From the NCBI GenBank assembly GCA_002633005.1, contig NMRA01000011.1:1090855-1154854 (forward strand): a DNA stretch of 64,000 nucleotides, in the 5' to 3' direction. The position numbers were made by a program, and so were the translations under genes. This DNA comes from Phoronis australis. Its lineage: Eukaryota; Animalia; Phoronida. Shown here piece after piece: positions 1 through 12,500 of this stretch. Position 1 is the stretch's first letter; every line of letters begins with the position of its first letter. Below the pieces are notes generated by a model. The model ran no database searches. It saw only the letters and a list, made by a program, of their open reading frames with translations, and was not told the origin of the DNA.

Positions 1-1215
1 CCTTTGCCCTTTCCCTTTCCTTGATATGGTTGTGCATGCGGTACCTCAAGTATGTTGGCTGGAGACACTACGTGGTTTCATGACTTGTTCTCGGGGAGTT
101 TATTGCCAAACGAGTCATTGGCCGTTTCATTTAAACCTCTCTCATCGTTTTCCGCCGACTGGAGGCTGATATCAGCTGGTGCTTGCTCATCAGATTGGTG
201 GTCAACAACAATGAACTCTTCTTGGTGGCAAGTATTGTCAGTGAAAAATGAAGGTGCAAAATGTCATTATATGTTTAGCAGTATAGACCCTTCACAAAAT
301 GTCGCACAGCTCACGCATGCAGTTAGAGAGACTTTGTACCCTTGTGTTGTGTTGTGTAGCTGCCCATTTGTCCACAAAATAATTTTCTCTGTACTATTAG
401 CACAGGTAAAAAATAAGATTATACTTGTAACCGTGCTTCAATGCACTTATAAAATCCTGTTTCACTCTGTCATACAGTGGACGTATAGGGCCAATGGAGT
501 TCCAATCGTTTCTGAGGTTGTAAATTATTCTAGTTTGGAGTAGTCGATTTTGACTTCTCAATAATTCATTCCAGAATGTGGCAAATAACAACGTGTGTAT
601 TTATTGTCGAGTAAAACGCATCAAGTATACAGCGTATCAGGTAGTTAGTGCATGGAAACTGGTATACTATTATTGCAAGTAACATCATGTCAGTTAATAA
701 TGATGACAAAGTTATGATGCATTTCCTGTATGTACATACGTCCGTGACGAAAGAACGCCTTGATCTACTTGTGGGCACCAGGAAGGTAAAGGGTGCCATT
801 TTTCACTATTGGCCTATCAGAACTTCCCGGTTGCAGTTAATAATCACGTGACATTGTTTGAAATTAGAATGGAGTACATTTAGCTCGCGGGCATGTGTAA
901 ATTAAACTGTTTCTTTAATCAACTTCTCTAGCTTTTCTTGTGTTTTGCAAAAGCGTTTCGAAATTTTCTTGTCAAATAATTGGTTAATAAATATGTGCAC
1001 GACAGATTTGCTTTTGTGTTTCTCGATCAGTTTATGTAAACTAATGTAGACACGTTTTGCCATTTTTCGAGGATGACTTACGTCAGAGCCACGTAAATCC
1101 TTTCACAATGTCATCGCACTGTGCGCTGGACTCAACAACCTTTCCAGTTTCTAAGGATCGTCATCTTGATTACGCGTTCTCTGCAGCAGACGACAAAATA
1201 TAAAAATGGACAACA

Positions 1216-2891
1216 ATGATGTGCAGCAACTGCAACCTTCTATCATATCTTGTCTCACTCTTGCTCTTGTTTTGGGCAAAGGTCGTTGAATCTGGATCCG
1301 TCTGCGACCAATGGATGTCGTGTGCGCAAAGGTGTTCTGTTCTCGCACACCCAGACACAGACACAACGAAATGCTCTTGTGATCCTGGTTACGTAATAAA
1401 GAGTGACAAATTTTCATGCAATTTCAATCACTCAATTGACAAACCTTACGTAAGTCAGGAACTCTGGGATATTCTAGATGACCAAGTCAACTTTTTGATG
1501 GTTACCGTTGAGGACTCGAAATCTAGCTTCTCGATCCTTGTTGAAAATTTACATTCGCAACACCTTTTTAGTATTTCCTCTGAAGTTGAGGACGCAGTAC
1601 CATTCGGCTCCGACGTGTCACGGACGGAGTTCTTTTACTCTGCTAAAGACGAGAATGGCATTCGAAAGCTCTATCGACGAACGAAGGTAATGTCGTCTGC
1701 GATTTGTTACTCTGTCTTTTTAAGATTCAGTCATTTGTTACCTCTCTGTGGATGTACAGGTGGCTGGTGGTCTGTATTTGTCCGGGTTAAGATTTCCTAA
1801 AATTTAATTTTAAACGCCCGTACCTATTTAAGGGCCCACAGTCGATGCTTTTGGTTCCGGCATCGGACAATTTCCGTTTCGTTCCATTGACAAGCAAACA
1901 TTACATTGTCTACATTTTAACCAGTTTTAAGCAATTTTTTTACGTGAAGTGGCTGGTCGCGCAAATGACCGCCGGAACGTTACAAAAATTTCGCTTTTAA
2001 AGGTTAAATTGGGTAACTGGTTTCTTGTCTTCGATATTTCCTCCAAAGGACACAGAAACGGAGATAAAAGTGGTCGTTGCACAGCTATACACGTTTACTG
2101 TCGACTGGTGGGACGAGAGGTTATTCATACAAGATGGATACCTTAAACGACTCTCTGTGTGTGATTTTAATGGCATCAATCATGCAATCCTGCTGTCCAA
2201 TGTAGACATAAAACATTTGTTGGTTGAACCTCGCGTGAGTTTGATATTTTGGTCCAACGTCGCCACCGACGGCAACTATACCATTGAATTTTTAACTCTA
2301 AACTGCAACTTCCGGAAGATTCTCTACCGTTCACCGAAGCCAATCTCTTGTATGACGTCCGACTTTGAAATGAGGCGATTGATGTGGGTTCACGAGATGT
2401 TCTCAGACGAGACACGAATACACACCATGACTTACGCGGGAAGAGGTCGAAGTCATATTGACGTAACGCTGCAAGCACCTTATAATATTAAGTCCATCAT
2501 ATCATTTGCGAATTTCATTTTTCTTGAGTTGTCCTCACCAGCATTTCGTGCAGGTTACTCACAGATATCGAAAATTAATAAATGGAGACCACAAGAATAC
2601 AACATAATTCGCGACACGTATAACCGCATCAGCGCGTTTGAACTACTAGACAGAAGAGCCCAAAGGAAAACATTCCGTGATTTCGTCACTGTACCAGAAG
2701 CCAGGTGCATACCTGCTGGTAATGACACGTCAGCAAGCAACGAAACCGCGGCCCTCCCGCTACTTTTCGTATCGGCCGAAAAACAGCGAGCTTCGAACCC
2801 GCGCCATTCCGGGTCAAGTGGTCAGGACATACTCAATTTGGTCTTGTTTGGAATAGTGCAAGCGCTGACTGTCATTTTAGTAACTGTATGA
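1216..2891 (+). CDS. Secreted or GPI-anchored EGF + LDLR class-B (YWTD-like) beta-propeller protein; exons 1216-1686 and 2049-2891 (437 aa)
   Basis: Hydrophobic N-terminus (LLSYLVSLLLLFWAKVVES). LDLR-type EGF CDQWMSCAQRC...CSCDPGYVIKSDKFSC. Donor AAG|gtaatg at 1687 and pyrimidine-rich acceptor cctccaaag|GAC at 2048, both phase 0. Exon 2 has degenerate YWTD-like blades (TVDWWDERLFIQD, LVEPRVSLIFWSN, TSDFEMRRLMWVH). Hydrophobic C-terminus runs to the stop; AATAAA at 2914. Confidence 0.8.
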
Positions 2892-2913
2892 GAACTAATG
2901 ACGAAGTAAAGAA

Positions 2914-2919
2914 AATAAA
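2914..2919 (+). terminator. Polyadenylation signal of the EGF/YWTD gene
   Basis: AATAAA about 22 nt after the TGA ending at 2891. Confidence 0.55.
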
Positions 2920-3391
2920 TCAAGTTTGATCATCATTGTTATTTTTCTGTTGCCTACCTGCACAAAACTAAACATTTAGGCACTTGTACAGATGTTGTTC
3001 GATGGATCAAAAGTTGCTCAGATACCACGTGACATAAGTACTTAAATGACAAACACCACCCAACTTTTGGACTTCTACTTATCAGCCCCAGTTCTCATTT
3101 AGAATATCACAAAGAAATAAAGGAAAGTAAAATTCAGGCCCATACATCAAACTGCAGCAACGGTTTTCAGGGGCCACTGTTATTTTTAGACGGAAATTAT
3201 GCAAACCGTGAAATTTTCATAAAACCATCAAGTGTACATTTTCGTTGTCCAAAGCAGTTCTTGAAATATTGTACAGTAAAGTAATCCCAGTTCCTAAACA
3301 TTATACTAGTTTACCTCCGTGAAATAGTGCATATTTTCAAATGACCAAATAAATCTACGTGAGCAGCGTGAAAACGTGAGATTTTCCGATG

Positions 3392-3532
3392 CTAATCCCG
3401 GCGTTTTTCATACATTTCATCGATTATGGACTTGAAGTACTTTCGTAAAACAGGTCGCTTCAGCTTGAACGTTGGGGTCAATAGAGAATTGTCGATGCTG
3501 AACATTTCGGGAAAGAGATAAATGTCTTTGAC
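3392..3532 (-). CDS. ACSL1: ACSL exon 20, terminal ([11 protein letters not shown]...EKRRD*)
   Basis: [10 protein letters not shown] catalytic-Lys motif; TAG at 3394-3392. Confidence 0.93.
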   Translation of the reverse strand, partial: VKDIYLFPEMFSIDNSLLTPTFKLKRPVLRKYFKSIIDEMYEKRRD

Positions 3533-6500
3533 CTGAAACATGAAAAATACATGTCTTTAGACCGTGCCTTTTTACATCTTTCATAAATATGATACTCAAT
3601 TGTTTTGATTGTCCTGTTGGCGCTTCTAGGTGGAAGGTGTCTTCTCCGGCAGAAAGTCATTTAGCACTGTTTCAATTCGTTCCGTCGTGCAGCTTCGACG
3701 AGTGGATTGAATTTACAAGACCACAGACGACCTAACGGCCACCGTTAACAGTTGCCAAAGTCACAAATTCACTTCCGTTATTTTTTTTGTAAAATAAATG
3801 GTAATGAAGGGAGCGCTCGTGCGTTTTTAAATTAATTGAAATGTTTTACCGACTGCCATTTGACCACTAAGATGCAAACACCTATAAGGTCAAAAGGCGT
3901 AGTTGGTTCTGGTCTTTACCCTGACTCAGTCCGACACCTGCGCTCACCCACAGAAAATAAATATCCCGCTCGTATCAATTTCAGCAGCGGTTGATCTTTT
4001 TGAAAAGCTTCCGCATCATATTTACTCTTCTCCGGTGGACTTTCTTTTTTATCAAAGTGAGCAACTAAAATACCGCTTCACCGACTCTGTTTTCAAAAAT
4101 AAAGGAGCAACTAAAATACCGCTTCACCGACTCTGTTTTCAAAAAAAACAAAACAGAACAGAACCAAGTACGGTATGCTCAGGAGTCTAGTCTTTTCTCA
4201 AGTTTATGCACAGGCTCATGTCTTGGCACGTGTTCAATAATACCTACACAATGGACAGATAACACAAATATTTTTCCGCTCAATGATTACCTGTTCAAAA
4301 GATTTTAAGCCAGATTCTTTTCCCTGCTTCACAATGTCATCCAAAATCATCTGCTTCAGCGCCTGAAAGTAATCCGACATGGAGTCTAAAACAAAAGGCA
4401 ACAGTGTTGGGCAATGCCCTTAACTGTTTAACGCGCCAAAACTATCACCCAGTGAGCTCTACCCTGGATGCAGTGCTGACATAGAAATTTCAAATCACTT
4501 CCCGACTTAATGTTTGTATATAGCACTTGAATGCCCGAAGTGTGCTCGAAACTGACCGTAACATCACCTTTACTAAATAAACGATAATCGCAAGAATTAC
4601 CTCACTCTTGCAAAGTTCTTCCATACTCCCCGTTATACCATTCTTTTGGGCGACTCCTGGTAAGACCTCTGGGTCAGGTACAACAATGGCGACAAGAAAC
4701 GCCTGAAAAAGAAGCCGGTTTTGCGTCNCCAAAATCATCTGCTTCAGCGCCTGAAAATAATCCGACATGGAGTCTAAAACAAAAGGCAACATTGTTGGGC
4801 AATGCTTAACTGTTTAACACGCCAAAAATATCACCCAGTGAGCTCTATCCTGGGTGCAGTGCTGACATAGAAATTTCAAATCACTTCCCGACTTAATGTT
4901 TGTATATAGCACTTGAATGCCCGAAGTGTGCTCGAAACTGACCGTAACATCACCTTTACTAAATAAACGATAATCGCAAGAATTACCTCACTCTTGCAAA
5001 GTTCTTCCATACTCCCCGTTATACCATTCTTTTGGGCGACTCCTGGTAAGACCTCTGGGTCAGGTACAACAATGGCGACTAGAAACGCCTGAAAAAGAAG
5101 CCGGTTTTGCGTCCATGTTCGGTTTTGGCCTATTCTCCCGTGCCTTTCACCGGGCATGCTTCAGGTTCAACCTACCTTGTTCTAGCAGTCTACGCAACAG
5201 GCACGTGCTCGTGTCTAAAGCAGTGGTGTGTTTATTATCGTTCTTCAGATATCCTACCGTCCTGAAATTGGTCTCGCATTGTCACTTAGTCGAATTCATG
5301 GAATTAGAGGTGACTTCTGGGATCGAAAAAGAACTGGTCGCATAAGACCAGGCTCTACAAGTAGGCTGATCACAGCGAGTCATTTTATGTGCCTAGCATA
5401 ATCTCAAAGAATAACGAACTGTCACTCCTTTGTAACCTCAGAAATCGCTTCCCGTCCAGTAAGGAATACATTGAGAATGAGACAAGTGATATAAATCAAA
5501 AATTAGTTTCTTCGACGCAACCACGGCCGTTGCTTTTAACAGAATATTTTCTATCCAGACGTGCCTTGCTATCGCTTTCACGTAAGGTAAGCAAGAACCA
5601 AAGAGCAACACTTAAAAGACAAAACGAAGAGCCCATTTGTATGCAGCCTTGATTATGGCGGGACGGCTGTAATCTCCGGCCGGTCATGTGCACTTACCCG
5701 TAGGCTGTTGCCGTCAACGAACACTTGTGCTACCATACTACTGCGGGTGTAAATATTTTCAATTTTCTCTGGTGCAAGATATTCTCCCTGGAAAATAAGA
5801 ATTACTAATCAAGTGTTGCTAAGACCAAAGAACCGAAGAAAATTACCAAAAGGTTTGTTTCTGTTAAAGGGTATTTATATGCTCTTCAGTATGCTAAGAT
5901 GTGGCGAGAACAAAGGACAATGCCACTCTAAGACATTCTGCACTAACGAAGCTACAGTTGTATTCACAGATAACTTGTGTGAAAATGTAAAATCTCCAGA
6001 TGGATTCCGTGCATTCTACCTCGCGGGCATGCACCGTTGCCTGTATAATGCAGTGTTATTCCCCAACACCACCTCACGGTACTTACGCGGCGAATCATGT
6101 TCGTCACAAAACTCGTCCTTAAAAACGGGTAGCAATTAAGAGCCTGCTGACCAAATGACAGATATAAGACATTAGCACGCAAATTTCACTTTGAGGAGTT
6201 CGTATCTTGCGAGAAGGCGAGATCATGCAATGTTCTACTAGTGACGCAGCCAATCTCGGAGCACCGACTTGACTTCACGACGTCATGCCTCGTGAGGTCA
6301 ATGACACTTAGACTCCATGAGATCCTTCTCCGTTCCTAGGTCGAGAATTCAACTCGTAATGGACATCTGGAGTGTCCTGTTCCGGAAAACAGATCGAAGC
6401 ACTCTCGGAGAACTACACTAACCTGACCCTATAGAACTCCACGAACTTGCATGACCCTATAAATTTCCAAAGAGAGGCTATAACACATACTCTCTTATCG

Positions 6501-9500
6501 AGAATAACCTTCTCCACAGACATATTTACGCTTCCAAAACGTCACTTATTGCTTTCTTGACATTAATTAGGAGTGAATTTACCCTAAGTTATTCGTCTAC
6601 ACAAATCCAATTTGTCAGTACCTCGAACTTTCAGTCCGACTCTCGGGGGTGAGACGTTCACGTAGTGACCGTTTGTCAGGCCTGGTGTACTGAAGCAATA
6701 ACCAGCCTAGAGATCACATCTAAGCTGATTACGGAATAAAGCCTTGTTTAATGCTGCTTCAAAAGTCAAGAGTTCTACTAAGACAATGCACTGACAGTCA
6801 TCGAACTATAGCCGGGAAGCCAAACACCAAGAAATAATGACAGTGATCGGTGCGTTTTGTGTTTAGAGAAAAGGAAAAAGACAGTCAAGTAGTTTTCAAC
6901 CGAAAATGTCAAACACACAGGTGGATGACAGAACATGGAAATTGAAAACACCTCATAAGGAAAGGTTGACACAACAAAACAATGGGCCAATGAAGAGACA
7001 TTATAATGATAGGGGTGAGTTAATACCACGATTACCGAAATACGTGATAAAGTTGAATCAACGAAAGCAAGTTTCAACTAACATCAAAATTTATGAATTC
7101 CGTTACCCTTAAAACTCACCGTGCTCTGATATCGGTCAAACATAAACTGAGAAAATATGTCACAAGATCGTTGGTTACGAACACGGTGTTCCTTTTACTA
7201 CATCATCTTTCAAACTTTGATGCCAGATTTGATCTCAATTGAAATAAAATTGCAATAATGACGGTTTCATTGCTACTAGCCTCTAGTTGTACACAGATGT
7301 ATCACAAACTATAATCTGCAATACACGTGAATTATTCTTTGAGTATTAGTCAGCGCCTACAAGTCTATGACTAGTCTGCGGCTAGTAGTCTACGACGACA
7401 GTGTAACACAATAAGTCGAATCCAACCGGGCCGAAGGATTTTATGAGACTCAGGCAAACTCGACTTATGAATGGCCAAGAGCGCGAACTAGAATAACCAT
7501 ACAATGCAACTTTTTCCCGACTCCTGCGAGTCTTACTGTAATTGACTACAGTATGGTTGCAACGGGACTGAAAACTACAACTCACCTGAGCCAACTTAAA
7601 GATGTGCTTCTTTCGATCGATTATCTTCAACGTTCCTTGCTACAAACAAATGATGATTCTGTAGGTTTAATAGTTCACTAACGACATCTTTCTTTGCCAT
7701 CAATTAATAAGTCTATTGAGATTTCTATGTGGAACACAACGATAGCTTCCAAAAAACCTCCACACAGTAGAATAATATAAAACTTCAACACTTTTCAATG
7801 AATCCCTTTATCATAGTACATTGCTTGAAAACCTTGTCTACACACTCCAAGTTTTAGTATACGACTCTTCGGAGGATGTATACTCGTGTTCCGAAAATAT
7901 TTTTCTGTCTTTGAGTTACTAGCTCCTAGTATACAAAGTCGTAAACGAAAAATGGGAAGATGGGATTAAATTTAATTCTCTCTCAGAGTGCTAAAATTCA
8001 ATGTCTTTTACCTTGGTCCACTCGCCGACATCACCCGTGTGTAGCCAGCCGTCCTCGTCGATGGCTTCTGCCGTTTTGGCCGGTTGTCGGAAGTAGCCCA
8101 CCATTACATTTGATCCCTTGGCGCAGATCTCGCCTTTGCCTTCGCTTACGTAATACTCCATCTCGGGGATATCTACCAGTTTTACAGCCACGCCTATTAC
8201 AGGTGGACCCACGTGACCTTAGACAAAACGTGAAACATTCGTAACGTTCGGGCAGTTTTCGAGAGCCAAAAATTGCATTTCAGGGAATTCCCACTCAGAG
8301 GACCACACACACACTGGCCGATTTGTCAACAAGTATTCTCGAAGAAGTTCCTAGTTACTACACTGCATACATTGTTGTCGTGAAATTAAACTGAATTATT
8401 AATTAAACAATCCCCTGCTCTAGTCACAAATACTGGCAGTCCGCAAGATCTCCATCGTTAAGTAACACCAATTAAAAATCCGTCACAGACAGTCCTCAGT
8501 GAGACGAACGAATTCCAGCATTCAAAACTGAGGTGTCAGTGTGCTAAAGTTAGTTACAGAAGGCTAGTAAATAATAATGGCGCCACCTGAACAGAATTGT
8601 CAGTTAATAATTCGAATGAATCATCCATTTCACGGTGAAAAACACGCCCCATCCTTTGCTACCATGCTCAAGAAACGTTTTCTTTCGGAAAATTTTGGCA
8701 AAATTGTGTTCGACTATCTACTTGTAGCCCTGTTTCTGCAAATACTTATTTACCGCCAGGTTAAGTGCCTATCTTAAAAAAGTGTCCACTCTTACAAAGC
8801 TCCCATAGGTCTCTTTTGGCATCCAATGTACGGACCCCCGTTCCGGGTCCCAGTTTTCAAAGAGGCACCAATTCGAAGCCCATTTTTGAGCAAATTGATA
8901 ACCTTTCTGCCCTGCTAAGCGGAGTCGCGGGGTTGCAAAGGTTCGCAGATACGTCACGACATAACGTCTCATCAAATAAAATAGCGAATAGCCACAGATA
9001 TAGGAAGTAATTGGGAACATTAATCGATATCCATATACATGTGTGTACAAGAAGCAATTTATTAAATTGTTAGTGATTAGAGTAAATGTTACCTGGCGTT
9101 GACTCTCCTGGTACGGTTAATGTGATAGCGGCGTTGGCTTCCGTTTGTCCGTAACCTTCCAGAATCTATGAAACAACAGTGTGATGTAATGAGCGCGTAG
9201 TAGTGCAGTGCATGGAAACCAAACCGCCAGAGGGTGTTGGTGATCACCCTCCAAGATGTTACATTCTTTCACCACATGTCTCGGCCATATAATTGCAGTG
9301 CCGGATTACCTAGCTAAGCTACAACTTATCATGGTTTCCTATGAGGAGTTCCAACGAACCCGTAGCCAAATGGTCCCCTCCAAAGTTAGGGATAGGAAGT
9401 GATTAAATTGTGTCGACAGACAGGGTGGCTCGAAAACTGGGTTGACGGAGGGCAGTTCAAATTACCTGGACCCGTATTTTTTTATAGCTTAGGGTCGTGA

Positions 9501-12500
9501 CAAACCAGCGGTTTTCAGCATGTGTGACGACTATCCTGTTCCCGTTCACACTTTACAAGAATTAATGCTTACGGAGAGCGGTTTGACCAACGTTACTCAA
9601 TACACTTTTTTACCTAGACAACTTTATATCAGAGTGGGCGGTCAGGCCAGTGTCAACAGTACAAGGCCGGGAAGGCTAACACAGACCGCTCTGGTGGCAT
9701 CCCATAAAAAGAATGGTGCGGAACTGGTAACGGCTTTAGTAACATAAAAAAATATTTTGCGCTACGTTTGTCAAGTTGAGGCTCGCGTTTGAGGAAGTTA
9801 TTTGCGCGTTTAACACCTGCTTTCGCAACACTATTTACGTCACTAAATCACGTTATTTTGCACACAAGCATATCAGTCTTACCGGACAACCGAATGCACA
9901 TCTACAGAAGGACAACACATTTGAGGCGAGCGGAGCAGAGCCCACCAAGATCAATCGCACTCGTCCGCCTAACGATTGCTGAATCTTGCTGAAGATCAGG
10001 TAATCCCAAATGCTGTCTCGACGAATAACTCCTCTTCAAAAAAAAAACAATGTACTAGATCACACTCTCACAGCAGTAAAATGAGAAATTATTTTCCACT
10101 ACAGAAAAAGTAGTTATCAACTGTCATAACTATAACAATAACAACAGTAACAATAATAATAATTAATGTAACAGTAGATATGGGATTACACAAGTATGAC
10201 AAATATGATAAACAAACGTATTTACCTGTCTACTTCACTTTGTTTGCTTCTTAGTCCTATTTTCAGCAGCAGCGATTTCAATCGACTTTCGCTTACTCCC
10301 GCCATAACCTGCACAGGTTGGAAACGGAGAGCAAATTATTTTGCACTTATAGATTAACATAATAATTAGTTTCACTGAGCAGAACGGTCGAGCTAAAAGT
10401 ACACGGAATTTCTGGAAGTTAATTTCAGGGCGTATATTCAGAACACGGCACGCTTTTACCTTAAAGTTCTGGCACCATAAAAATAAGCTCGGGCTTACTT
10501 CCGGAAACGTGGCGGGTACTTGCCCAGTTGACCTGCTTTCTTAGTTGACCTGGCGTGCGTTCAGTAGACGCTAGGACCTACGCTAGGACTTAGTTAAAAC
10601 CTAGTCAATGTCACGTGCTCTCATTTAAAATACACGGCAATATCTCACGTAATCTCGGGAAGTCTTGCTTTTTAGCGAGGTCCTAGCGTTACTGAACGGG
10701 AGGATGTTCTTCAAACACCATTAGCTATTACGTTTATCAAGCGTTATCAAAATTATGACTTTAATAGTGTTTACTAAGAATTACTTAAAACGAACACTGA
10801 GATTTCATCATGGATAGGTGTATCAAAAATTGCTATTGAAAGTGATGTATTGCTGAGAGCGTAGTCACGGGACAGTTAACGGTGGGGGGAGAGGCCGGGG
10901 TATCAGGCTGTACATATATAAGCATATTTTACACCCAAAGGCCGAGCAAGGCTGACGTGGTTAGGTATCGTGTTCTTACGCTGCATACATTTTAGAATTT
11001 TATGGTATATTATTTTGAAGCAAGAGCACAAATGAATTACCTTGTCGTACATCCTGTTGAGAAGTCGCGGAACCGTCGGGAAATATGAAGGCCGTAACAA
11101 TTTCAGGTCGTCAACTAGCTTCTTCACGTCGCCACTGAAGAAGCCTATCTTGACACCATTCATGAACAGAAATGCCTATGAACACCAGGACACAATGAAT
11201 TAAGAAGACACAGCGGCAATCTTTGATTGACGTAACGTACTTTTCAAAATAAATGAGAGTCAGACTTTGCCAAACTTGGATGAACACCTTTGACCGTTTA
11301 TTTGAAATATTTTTGTTGCAACGAAATAGCGTTTTTGTTGAACCTTTGTCGAAGTCTAATTTGACGTTATTGCGCTTAGCAGCAAATTGTCTACTTATGA
11401 ATGGACTTGCGCTGTAAGTTGTTGCTATTTTGACAACGTTGATGGAGTAACACTGGTCGATATTTTGTCGAGATTTAGCCAGAGTTGAAAGGGTAAGCAG
11501 TCGAAAAGAAATTGAAACTTCGTCGTGGTTTTGTGTACCGAAACTTAGTCGAATTTCGACATTGTCCGGTTTATTTTGAAAACTGCTTCATACGATAGAC
11601 TACCATTTTGGGTGTAGTCGCGGCTCATCTCAGAGCACAGTATTGCTGATATGTCATGTGATCTATTCAGACCATCCAAGCTCATGTCACGCGAGCATGC
11701 AGTGATACGCCATTATTATCTATTCAAACCATTCCAGTCTCTTGACACATAAGCAAGCAGTGATTGGCCAGAGAAGAAACGAGTCGTAGGATTTGCCGTA
11801 TAGCAACCATGCGTAAACGACGCTTATCGTCTCGTACTGCTAATACGTACTGCTAGTACGTATACGACAATCCGAGTGTGTATTATACAAGTTCGGTTGT
11901 TGACTCCAATACTTTCCTTTCCAAACAGGAAACATCTTGAACATGAATGTCTTGGAGAGTTGCATAAGAAATAAAATTTATAAACTTTTATTTCTGCATA
12001 TCGTTTTCGTACATCAGTATCGAAGGGACAGATCTATGTGTTTCTTCTTTGGATTTTGGATAGAAAGTGAATTCCTTCAAAAACCGCCATGGGGACTATT
12101 GTTGGAATTGTTCCACGTGTATTTTTTTCTTAATATAGTCGTTCATTAAGCGTGTTCTTACTACTGCCTAGCATACAATGTGACACTACACACCTGTGAG
12201 GACCGTTCAAAGTTATGTGCCAGAGGAAGGTATGACAAGTGACAGTCGTCGGGACAAAGTTCAATGCACTGAAAAAAACACAACATCATTACAGCCTTTC
12301 ATCTAATTGACTATTTTACATAGAAACAACATTTATTGTATTTGTCCTACGGATCATTAATAATTTAGAGCGCCTCAGATTTCTACTGCACAAAATTTGA
12401 GAAGCCCGTGTCCTCGTTCCTCCATCCGCAACTTTCCTGCAGCCCGGTCAGGTTGCAGGTGAAGACGAAACACAAGCACAAAGATGGCGAAGTTTGGAAA

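Larger units (their letters stand above)
4341..5113. repeat. ~386-bp near-identical direct duplication across an n (probable allelic overlap artefact)
   Basis: 4341-4727 matches 4729-5113 with a few SNPs/indels; n at 4728. Confidence 0.85.

Noticed and set aside
52-543. 163-aa + strand ORF
   Set aside because: No recognisable motif; probably the antisense shadow of the decayed minus-strand relic.
1687-2048. ORF extension to 1800 and ORF 1949-2146
   Set aside because: Intron of the EGF/YWTD gene; the acceptor at 2002 leads to an early stop, whereas 2048 keeps the frame.
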